From a virus (Duplodnaviria > Heunggongvirae > Uroviricota > Caudoviricetes): DNA of 28,927 bases. Positions 8,328 to 14,371 of this stretch are shown here, in pieces. Below the pieces are notes generated by a model. It was given only the letters and a program-made list of their open reading frames with translations, was not told the DNA's origin and made no database searches. Each line of letters opens with the position of its first letter. The first letter of the stretch is position 1. Location of the stretch: IMG/VR virus record IMGVR_UViG_3300046474_000142; one strand, given 5' to 3'. Position numbers and translations under genes: made by a program.

Positions 8328-8885
8328 TTACTTGTAGGACGCGCCTCTGCAAACCCTACTAATATTCGTGTGATGGACGTTGTACACGTTCGCTAATGCC
8401 CTTGCACCGTTCACCTTGCAACGCGGCTTGTATCTGCCCCGAATCTCCTTGACTTGATCCTCACTTAGACCGGCGTTCAAGTTATTACTCCCGCTGCGCT
8501 TCGCCACACTTGCTGCAAAGTTCGGTGCCAGCATGAAGTCAGCCGAGTTATCTTTGTACGTACCCCACGCTAGATTGCTGGCTGCGTTATCTGTTTTATC
8601 GCCGTTCAAGTGGCGAACGATTACGTTACCGTAGCCTTGTGAATTACACATTGACACTAGATCGTCGCTCGGAGCATCCAGAAAAGCCTCAGCGACCGCC
8701 CTGTGAATCTTAATGCAATGATTCGTCCCACCCCTTCCGCCGATCTTTGTTGCGACAGTCAGGTAGCCTTCCTTACTTACGTACTGCCTTAAAATCTTAC
8801 CGCTACGCTTGCTATACAGTGAGCCGAACTTCGACACTTTGAAGTACTCTTCGAATCCTACAACATCTTTCCAAACTTCCTGCAT
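8328..8885 (-). CDS. NUMOD4-HNH homing endonuclease inside tRNA cluster
   Basis: EVWKDVVGFEEYFKVS NUMOD4, IHRAVA, VRHLNGDKTDNAASNLAWG; C-terminal HTH. Confidence 0.9.
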   Translation of the reverse strand: MQEVWKDVVGFEEYFKVSKFGSLYSKRSGKILRQYVSKEGYLTVATKIGGRGGTNHCIKIHRAVAEAFLDAPSDDLVSMCNSQGYGNVIVRHLNGDKTDNAASNLAWGTYKDNSADFMLAPNFAASVAKRSGSNNLNAGLSEDQVKEIRGRYKPRCKVNGARALANVYNVHHTNISRVCRGASYK

Positions 8886-8982
8886 AATTACCCCTCCCAG
8901 AGTAAGTTGATAAATACGTTCAAGTCAGACGCCTCCTAGACACTGGGAGGGCGCTGTTGGCTGCGCCTGATTTGAAAGTACT

Positions 8983-9057
8983 TGGAGCAGCCTGAGAGTA
9001 CCGATCTCTCGTCCTTGTGCTTGGAAGGCACTCGCTCCACCATTGAGCTAAGGCTGC
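8983..9057 (-). tRNA. trnG: tRNA-Gly(TCC)
   Basis: Loop CTTCCAA, U73, CCA; T loop ATCGGTA. Confidence 0.88.
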
Positions 9058-9064
9058 TTTGTTT

Positions 9065-9140
9065 TGGCGCACTATAGCGGTTTCGATCCGCTTACCCTCT
9101 GCTCGACAGGCAGACGCTCTCCCGATTGAGCTAATAGTGC
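9065..9140 (-). tRNA. trnD: tRNA-Asp(GTC)
   Basis: TCTGC-CTGTCGA-GCAGA, G73, CCA. Confidence 0.9.
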
Positions 9141-9149
9141 ATATTGTTT

Positions 9150-9228
9150 TGGCTCCGTCCGCTGGAATCGAACCAGCCTAGTCATTGGTTAACAGCCAAG
9201 TCCATGCGCCATGCTCGGATTCGACGGA
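9150..9228 (-). tRNA. trnN: tRNA-Asn(GTT)
   Basis: Loop CTGTTAA, TTCGATT, G73, CCA. Confidence 0.88.
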
Positions 9229-9264
9229 ATAGAGACGCTTACGTGTATATCGTCACTCGTTAAT

Positions 9265-9340
9265 TGGTTGCGGATATAGGATTTGCACCTATGACGCACG
9301 GCTTATGAGGCCGCTCTTCTGACTACTGAATTAATCCGCA
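9265..9340 (-). tRNA. trnM: tRNA with CAT anticodon (Met, fMet or Ile2 unresolved)
   Basis: Loop CTCATAA, CCA; lacks the three consecutive G-C pairs of initiators. Confidence 0.8.
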
Positions 9341-9396
9341 AATGTCTCTGGCTTTCTGTTTCTCGGCTAGCCATGCCTCAGTGAGAGTAGATTAAC

Positions 9397-9801
9397 TCAC
9401 GCCGCTTCTGCGATTGCTCTTTCGCCAGCCGGTTTGTAAATCCAACCAAACTGCCTAGCAGTGCGGCGCTTGTGGCAGTTAGCACACCGAACGTCGCACT
9501 TATTAATCTCTTCTTGGAGCCTAGCGAGCGTTACATTGTTTCGTACCATGCGGGACAAAGAATCTGTCTTATCGCTTTGGTGATCGAACTCAAGTACCAC
9601 TGGGTCGCTTTCTCCGCAGTCCACGCAAGGGTGGCTGCTAAGGTATGTGGCAAGAAACTCGCGTCTCGCATTTTGCTGCTCTGCTTGACACTGTTTGCAG
9701 TGTCCAGACTTTTTCGTTGTACCGTAGAATTGATCCTTCGGCTTCCGTGTCTTACAACACGAACACAACTTATCGTCCAGAATCGGCCTTCCCATACCCA
9801 T
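9397..9801 (-). CDS. Zn-finger HNH endonuclease
   Basis: CxxC..CxxC then CVDCG...LEFDH...CDVRCANCH; start reassigned to MGMGRP at 9801 (AAGGAG RBS) because the longer ORF overlaps RNA elements. Confidence 0.8.
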   Translation of the reverse strand: MGMGRPILDDKLCSCCKTRKPKDQFYGTTKKSGHCKQCQAEQQNARREFLATYLSSHPCVDCGESDPVVLEFDHQSDKTDSLSRMVRNNVTLARLQEEINKCDVRCANCHKRRTARQFGWIYKPAGERAIAEAA

Positions 9802-9820
9802 GTAACTCTCCTTAACATCC

Positions 9821-9941
9821 CGCATACGTTCTTCAGCGGCGGATTCTCCTACGTACGTTAGGCCGGTCGTCTGCTGAATAGGCGTGGAATTGACGCCTCG
9901 TTTTAGGTCTGCTACCATCGTTGGGTAGCCTTTCGTATGCG
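9821..9941 (-). ncRNA. Multibranch RNA candidate D (between tRNA-like RNA and HNH)
   Basis: CGCATACG/CGTATGCG closing stem; GCTACC/GGTAGC, AGGCGT/ACGCCT, TTCAGC/GCTGAA and CCTA/TAGG helices. Confidence 0.55.
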
Positions 9942-9942
9942 C

Positions 9943-10067
9943 CGAGAACTGAGGGGATCGAACCCCCGACCTTCTTGCCAGTAGCAATGGTACGGTACGT
10001 TTCCGCACCAACGTGTGAACGTCTTCACCAAAACCAACAAGCTGCTCTACCGCTGAGCTAAGTTCCC
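9943..10067 (-). ncRNA. tRNA-like RNA with a 60-nt branched domain replacing the anticodon loop, no encoded CCA
   Basis: GGGAACT/AGTTCTC acceptor, GCTC-AGCGGTA-GAGC D arm, CTTG/CAAG stem, GGGGG-TTCGATC-CCCTC T arm; insert at 9978-10037. Confidence 0.8.
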
Positions 10068-10105
10068 ACTGAAATCTTTCGTAGCTAATTTCGCTACGTA
10101 CTGCT

Positions 10106-10144
10106 ATCATACAACATGACTTGTGTTTTGTCAAGTTTTGTGCA
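10106..10144 (-). promoter_or_regulatory. sigma70 promoter driving the tRNA-like RNA and downstream tRNAs
   Basis: TTGACA-17-TATGAT, preceded by TGCACAAAAC. Confidence 0.8.
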
Positions 10145-10147
10145 TTC

Positions 10148-10221
10148 TGGTCAGGGATGGTCGAATCGAACGACCGCTTCCTCGCTCCAAAGGAGGATGA
10201 CTACCATTATCCTAATCCCTG
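10148..10221 (-). tRNA. trnP: tRNA-Pro(TGG)
   Basis: CAGGGAT/ATCCCTG, loop TTTGGAG, CCA. Confidence 0.9.
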
Positions 10222-10225
10222 AAAA

Positions 10226-10309
10226 GAGTTTTACGACATACGTTTGTTGGTCGGCTGTTTTCGTCTCGCTTGACGCCTAGTTTGTTTCGTTGCGGTAACT
10301 AGGAAACTC
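10226..10309 (-). ncRNA. Cloverleaf-shaped RNA candidate E without tRNA consensus
   Basis: GAGTTT/AAACTC closing stem plus CCTAGTT/AACTAGG, CGTC/GACG and CGAC/GTCG hairpins. Confidence 0.45.
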
Positions 10310-10385
10310 TGGTGCCGTCACGAGGAATCGAACCCCGGACCTTCTGCTTACAAGGCAGTTGCTCTTCCAACTGAGCTATGACGGC
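10310..10385 (-). tRNA. trnT: tRNA-Thr(TGT)
   Basis: Canonical cloverleaf, loop CTTGTAA, CCA. Confidence 0.95.
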
Positions 10386-10457
10386 GAATTCTGCCCGGTT
10401 ACGTTTATCCGGGGCCGTAAGGCCGTATGGGCAACCAACCCAAGGAGAACATCGGAA

Positions 10458-10596
10458 GGGTAGTCGCCTACGGTAACACCGGAGCAATCCGTAGCGTACC
10501 GTTTCGGGGACAGGTTACTGCGCCAAGGCTCCTGCAACGTGGAGCCTATCGAGATGGGATCAACCTCCTTTCGGAATTGAACAATGGCGACTACCC
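10458..10596 (-). ncRNA. Structured RNA candidate F at head of tRNA operon
   Basis: Perfect 11-bp GGGTAGTCGCC/GGCGACTACCC stem enclosing a GAAA tetraloop hairpin, AGGCTCC/GGAGCCT and GTAAC/GTTAC. Confidence 0.55.
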
Positions 10597-10647
10597 AAAT
10601 CATCACAGCCCGTTGGTTCTTCGTGCTGTTTCATCTCTAGTACCGCT

Positions 10648-10686
10648 ATCTTACACTACGTACCCTTGTTTGTCAAGTTTTTGCAA
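10648..10686 (-). promoter_or_regulatory. sigma70 promoter of the tRNA operon (TACGTAGTG class)
   Basis: TTGACA-17-TAAGAT; 19 nt identical to the promoter at 1808-1846; -35 overlaps the HNH stop codon. Confidence 0.85.
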
Positions 10687-11221
10687 CAACCCTTGACTTA
10701 CCGAACCATTCTAGGTTATCTACGTGGTTGTTTTTCGCATTGTCGTCCTTGTGACGGATGTTGCGATTACCACCGGGATTCGGTAGGTGCGTAGCAGCCA
10801 CTAGGCGGTGTACGTACTTGATCGTAGTGCCAGTTGAAATGTACTGGTAGCCTTTGCTACCTTTCAGCGTAACCGGGCTAAGCCACTTTGCACGACAGTG
10901 CGACCAAATACGCCCGTCGCGGGTAGCGGACCACTTACCTTCGAAGCCGGGAACCGGCAGGGCGTCAGTGGCCTCAAACTCTGCGATGCGGGCTTCACGG
11001 GCTGCTGTGTCGGCTTCGACAGCTTCCACTACGTCCTTACCTACCTTCGCAATGCGCTTGTCACGCTTCAGTGTCTTGCGGACTTGGCGAAGCTGCTCTA
11101 CAATGTCAAGACGGCCATTGCTGGTGTACGTCTTGATTGCGATATGGAGCGCTTGCCGGGAGATTCCCTTAGCTCGTTCCACTGCTTCGTCCAAGGTTAA
11201 ATCTTTCCAGCTCTTCGCCAT
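10673..11221 (-). CDS. NUMOD4-HNH endonuclease with helical N-terminal extension
   Basis: PVPGFEGKWSATRDGRIWS, YVHRLVA, RHKDDNAKNNHVDNLEW. Confidence 0.8.
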   Translation of the reverse strand: MAKSWKDLTLDEAVERAKGISRQALHIAIKTYTSNGRLDIVEQLRQVRKTLKRDKRIAKVGKDVVEAVEADTAAREARIAEFEATDALPVPGFEGKWSATRDGRIWSHCRAKWLSPVTLKGSKGYQYISTGTTIKYVHRLVAATHLPNPGGNRNIRHKDDNAKNNHVDNLEWFGKSRVVAKT

Positions 11222-11246
11222 TTGTATTGTTCCTTGGGTTGTTAGA

Positions 11247-11582
11247 TTAGACTTCTTGGATATTGTTCATATCCAGACGGGGAGCTGCTGGTTTCGGTAC
11301 ATCGTCCCCTACCAGCGGAGTCTTCAACCCGCTAGCCTTGATTTCTGCGATCTGGCGAGTCAGTTCATCTTTGTTGATGGCCTCGCTTACCTTGATCTTG
11401 TAGTCAAGCAGCTTGTCAGCACATGCTACGCGGACCTTGACCGCCTCTTTTGGGTTGTTCATTGTGTCAACGAGAAGGTCAACCGCTTCCGGTGTAACTC
11501 TGTCGAGTTGCTTCAACAGGTCATCGAGTTCGTGTTTTCTCTTCAAAAACACGGCTCCTGCCTTTAGGGCTATAGTAGCCAT
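11247..11582 (-). CDS. Hypothetical protein, possible terminase small subunit
   Basis: Small helical protein with VRVACADKLLD resembling TerS central motifs; heads the packaging transcript direction. Confidence 0.4.
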   Translation of the reverse strand: MATIALKAGAVFLKRKHELDDLLKQLDRVTPEAVDLLVDTMNNPKEAVKVRVACADKLLDYKIKVSEAINKDELTRQIAEIKASGLKTPLVGDDVPKPAAPRLDMNNIQEV

Positions 11583-12196
11583 TATTTAGTTCCTTGATTA
11601 GCTCTCCGATCCCGCATTGCTTGCTTGATCTTAGCCTTATGTTCGTCTGACAGCCTCCTACCCTTGAGCGGTGATGGCTGCTCAGCGTAGCGTTTAGCCG
11701 TTGCCTCTTTATTCCTCTGCTTCCACAATTCCGACCTAGGCCGGGTTGCCGCAACGGACATCTTCTGCTTTGTTGCTGCTGTCATCGCTTGCTGAGCCTT
11801 CGACATATTTGCTCTCACAATCTCTGTTACAGTCGTCCCTAGCCTGCCCGCTGCTAATTTTCGTCTAGTGCTGTCCCCTACCTTCTTTCCAGAGGCTCCT
11901 TCGCCTCCGTCTGTTAGGTTTGCAAGAATCCCAGTACTATTGTCCTTCCTGCCGTACTGCGCGATAAGCTCAGCTTCTAGTTTAAATGCAGCAGCCTCAT
12001 CGGGAGTGCGGTGGAGAGTTTCCACTAAGACTTCAACACCTTCTCTCGTCGCTTTCTTAATCGTGTTGCTTTTCAATGAGTTCCGCGCAAGATTGCTAGG
12101 GTAGAAGTGATGTGACGAACGATTACCTTTGCCCTTGCCAATGTAGAACGGAAGCTCTGACGTAGCTAGTCTTAACTGGTAGACGTAAAAGTCCAT
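11582..12196 (-). CDS. GIY-YIG homing endonuclease with NUMOD3 repeats
   Basis: FYVYQL...PFYIGKG..R...H, E.ELI..YGR....G.LANLTDGGEG, LSDEHKAKIK; start at 12196 (AAGGAG RBS). Confidence 0.88.
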   Translation of the reverse strand: MDFYVYQLRLATSELPFYIGKGKGNRSSHHFYPSNLARNSLKSNTIKKATREGVEVLVETLHRTPDEAAAFKLEAELIAQYGRKDNSTGILANLTDGGEGASGKKVGDSTRRKLAAGRLGTTVTEIVRANMSKAQQAMTAATKQKMSVAATRPRSELWKQRNKEATAKRYAEQPSPLKGRRLSDEHKAKIKQAMRDRRANQGTK

Positions 12197-12225
12197 GTAC
12201 CACTCCTTAGTCTCTATGTACAGCG

Positions 12226-12265
12226 ATTGTACACTACGTACCACGTTTTGTCAACTTTACGCAAC
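12226..12265 (-). promoter_or_regulatory. sigma70 promoter (TACGTAGTG class)
   Basis: TTGACA-17-TACAAT with spacer ending TACGTAGTG. Confidence 0.85.
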
Positions 12266-12388
12266 ACTATCTATAAATACTACTAGTGCCATAGGCACAA
12301 AACATATAACTATAGTATTATTACTTCCCTTCCTATTGGCTTCCCTTCAGGAAGCCTTAATTATAGTAATAAGTTATAGTATGTCCTC

Positions 12389-12407
12389 ACTCGCTGCGCT
12401 CGTTCGG
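12389..12407. other. ssi/primosome-assembly-like hairpin
   Basis: ACTCGCTGCGCTCG, recalled as matching the ColE1/pBR322 ori-flanking sequence; minus strand folds as a tandem G.A hairpin with a GCA loop. Confidence 0.45.
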
Positions 12408-12411
12408 ACGT

Positions 12412-12440
12412 AGTGTACCATACGAGTTGCTTCCTGTCAA
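12412..12440 (-). promoter_or_regulatory. sigma70 promoter (leftward)
   Basis: TTGACA-17-TACACT. Confidence 0.7.
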
Positions 12441-12465
12441 GTAGGCGGTAAGAACGTAAGTAGTG

Positions 12466-12494
12466 TTGACTAAATCAGGAAGATGCAGTACAAT
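12466..12494 (+). promoter_or_regulatory. sigma70 promoter (rightward, divergent)
   Basis: TTGACT-17-TACAAT. Confidence 0.8.
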
Positions 12495-12524
12495 CTTACT
12501 TATCGTAACCAAACAGGAGGATTA

Positions 12525-12779
12525 ATGAACTTCGGACCTAAGCAGTACTACGTCCCTGTCGAACCTTCCGTGCCTATGGCACCTAAGAGGGAAAGCATCA
12601 ATGTGTACTTCCGCACCACCGAAGGGAAGCTGGGACAGCTCAAGTGGGAGGCAGACGATGCCTACTACAAGGAGCCTCACAAGGAAGCAATCATTACCGT
12701 GCAAGAAGCTCTCGTCGCAGATGGCGACGGGTTGGAAAACAAGGCGGTTCTCGCCGTAATCAAAGGAGGTAAGCAATGA
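12525..12779 (+). CDS. Hypothetical protein
   Basis: ORF with GGAGG RBS before ATG 12525; stop overlaps next start. Confidence 0.75.
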   Translation: MNFGPKQYYVPVEPSVPMAPKRESINVYFRTTEGKLGQLKWEADDAYYKEPHKEAIITVQEALVADGDGLENKAVLAVIKGGKQ

Positions 12780-13075
12780 GTACGAACAACGAAACACAGA
12801 AGCTCGACATCGTAGAGCACAACTTCGCAGCTTTCGCAAAGGAGCTGGAACTGAAGGTGCTGGACGGCTGGGCAATCAGCAAGACCAACCTCGGCGATGT
12901 CGTCGGCATGTATGGCGGGACGTTCACCATCTCCCTGTACCGCAATGCTGACACGATCCAGCGCTTTCACGGGGCCGCTGAGGGCGTACAGGCAGTCCCC
13001 AAGTTGAGCCGTGGTGAAGCTCTCGCCAAGGCACGGCAGGCTAAAGCTGTCAAGAACGCAACGAATAATAGCTGA
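12776..13075 (+). CDS. Hypothetical protein
   Basis: ATGA overlap, GGAGG RBS, phage-like codon use. Confidence 0.75.
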   Translation: MSTNNETQKLDIVEHNFAAFAKELELKVLDGWAISKTNLGDVVGMYGGTFTISLYRNADTIQRFHGAAEGVQAVPKLSRGEALAKARQAKAVKNATNNS

Positions 13076-13220
13076 CTGTTCATAAAGTGATGTGTGGAAA
13101 CAACAGGTGAAAATTTTCATGCAAAAGCCTGTTCTATTTCTCCATGAGCACTGCATAATGATGTTCAGCGGCAACACAAATTCCGCAGCACAAATCAACT
13201 ACCTCTAGGAGAATTTCAAA

Positions 13221-13616
13221 ATGAGTAACCTATCCGTCCTCCGCAATGCCCTGAAGCTGAACGCCGAACTCATCAACTTCATCCAGTACGCAATCTTCGA
13301 GTTCAAGGCCGAGGCTGCACGGTGGAAGTTGGAGGGCGAGACTGCTTACTTCATCGCCGCCAATGAAGACCGCCGCAAGCACGAGAAGAAGCTGGCGAAG
13401 GCGATTGAGATGCAGAAGCGTACGAAGGCAGAAATCGCTACCGCAGTCCGTAAGGAAGCGATCCGCCGCATGTTCCTGTTCGTCTTCGGAAAATGCCCGG
13501 AACAGCAAGTGAACACTTCGCAGGAACAGTACAAGATGCTGGCAACGTTGGCTGAAGAACGTCGCGCTGCGCTGCGTCTGGCGAAGAAAGCTGCGAGTGT
13601 TACGAATGCAGCCTAA
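13221..13616 (+). CDS. Hypothetical helical/coiled-coil protein
   Basis: AGGAG RBS, 131 aa. Confidence 0.75.
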   Translation: MSNLSVLRNALKLNAELINFIQYAIFEFKAEAARWKLEGETAYFIAANEDRRKHEKKLAKAIEMQKRTKAEIATAVRKEAIRRMFLFVFGKCPEQQVNTSQEQYKMLATLAEERRAALRLAKKAASVTNAA

Positions 13617-14328
13617 GTTCAAGGACATTGCAGGGTTGGAGGGGCGGTACGCCGCTTCTTCTGACGGAAGAATTTGGAGCTACAAGTCCGAAAGGTTCCT
13701 TAAACCGGCAAAAATCGGGAGGGGATACGATGCAGTGTCACTTCCGGTCGGGCCTGAAGGGAAACAAATTCGACAGTACGTGCATCGACTAGTTGCCAGA
13801 GCATTCCTCCCGAATTTGGAAGGCAAGGCTGAAGTAAATCACATCAACGGCGTCAAAACTGACAACCGTGCGGCGAACTTGGAGTGGGTAACTCGCCGGG
13901 AGAACATTGCGCACGCGGTGAGTACTGGGCTTTCGAAGGTCATGGGAGAAGACAATCCTATGGCTAAGCTAGACGAGATGCGGGTTGCTGAAATACGTGA
14001 GAGGTACTTCAATGGCCCGGAGACTCAGGATGAACTGGGGGTAGCTTTCGGGGTCCACAGGGTGCTGATAAAGAAGATCGTCACAGGGGCGATCTGGCCC
14101 CTTAACTGGAAAGCTGAATACAACCTGCCTCCCGGTTGGAAGACGAAGCTTCAGGTTGCGAAAAACAGCCGATACGACCACGCCCTCGCTACCGTCATCC
14201 GCCAAAGGTACGCCGAAGGCGGATGTACACATAGGGGTCTAGCGAAAGAATTTGGACTCCCCCATCCGACGATTAACCTGATTGTGAACGGAAGAGACTG
14301 GACTACGAAATACCCGTTGACCGTCTGA
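13606..14328 (+). CDS. NUMOD4-HNH homing endonuclease with two C-terminal HTH repeats
   Basis: FKDIAGLEGRYAASSDGRIWS, YVHRLVA, EVNHINGVKTDNRAANLEW. Confidence 0.92.
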   Translation: MQPKFKDIAGLEGRYAASSDGRIWSYKSERFLKPAKIGRGYDAVSLPVGPEGKQIRQYVHRLVARAFLPNLEGKAEVNHINGVKTDNRAANLEWVTRRENIAHAVSTGLSKVMGEDNPMAKLDEMRVAEIRERYFNGPETQDELGVAFGVHRVLIKKIVTGAIWPLNWKAEYNLPPGWKTKLQVAKNSRYDHALATVIRQRYAEGGCTHRGLAKEFGLPHPTINLIVNGRDWTTKYPLTV

Positions 14329-14345
14329 GTTTTATACGCTATGAT
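14317..14345 (+). promoter_or_regulatory. sigma70 promoter for the recombinase
   Basis: TTGACC-17-TATGAT. Confidence 0.7.
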
Positions 14346-14371
14346 GTCTCATCGACTACATAGGAGGCATC

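Noticed and set aside
6551-8396. Short ORFs across the tRNA cluster (e.g. 7036..7284, 7620..7826, 8172..8396)
   Set aside because: Overlap tRNA genes, no RBS, non-protein-like composition
8231-8975. Group I intron around the HNH
   Set aside because: No P7 or guanosine-binding core consensus seen, and both flanking tRNAs are complete
8242-9992. 10-nt complementarity between 8242-8251 and 9983-9992
   Set aside because: Matches of this length are expected by chance within a 4-kb region
9978-10037. Intron whose removal restores tRNA-Lys(TTT)
   Set aside because: No two-cut excision leaving a 7-nt loop gives TTT; only GGT, GCT or ACT result
9802-10134. N-terminal 111 aa of the 245-aa ORF 9397..10134
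   Set aside because: Overlaps a promoter and the tRNA-like RNA; a good RBS precedes ATG 9801
6458-10385. Suppressor tRNA or stop-codon recoding
   Set aside because: No CTA, TTA or TCA anticodon; genes end normally at all three stop codons
10376-10606. 76-aa minus-strand ORF
   Set aside because: Runs into tRNA-Thr, weak RBS; region better explained by RNA pairing (not fully excluded)
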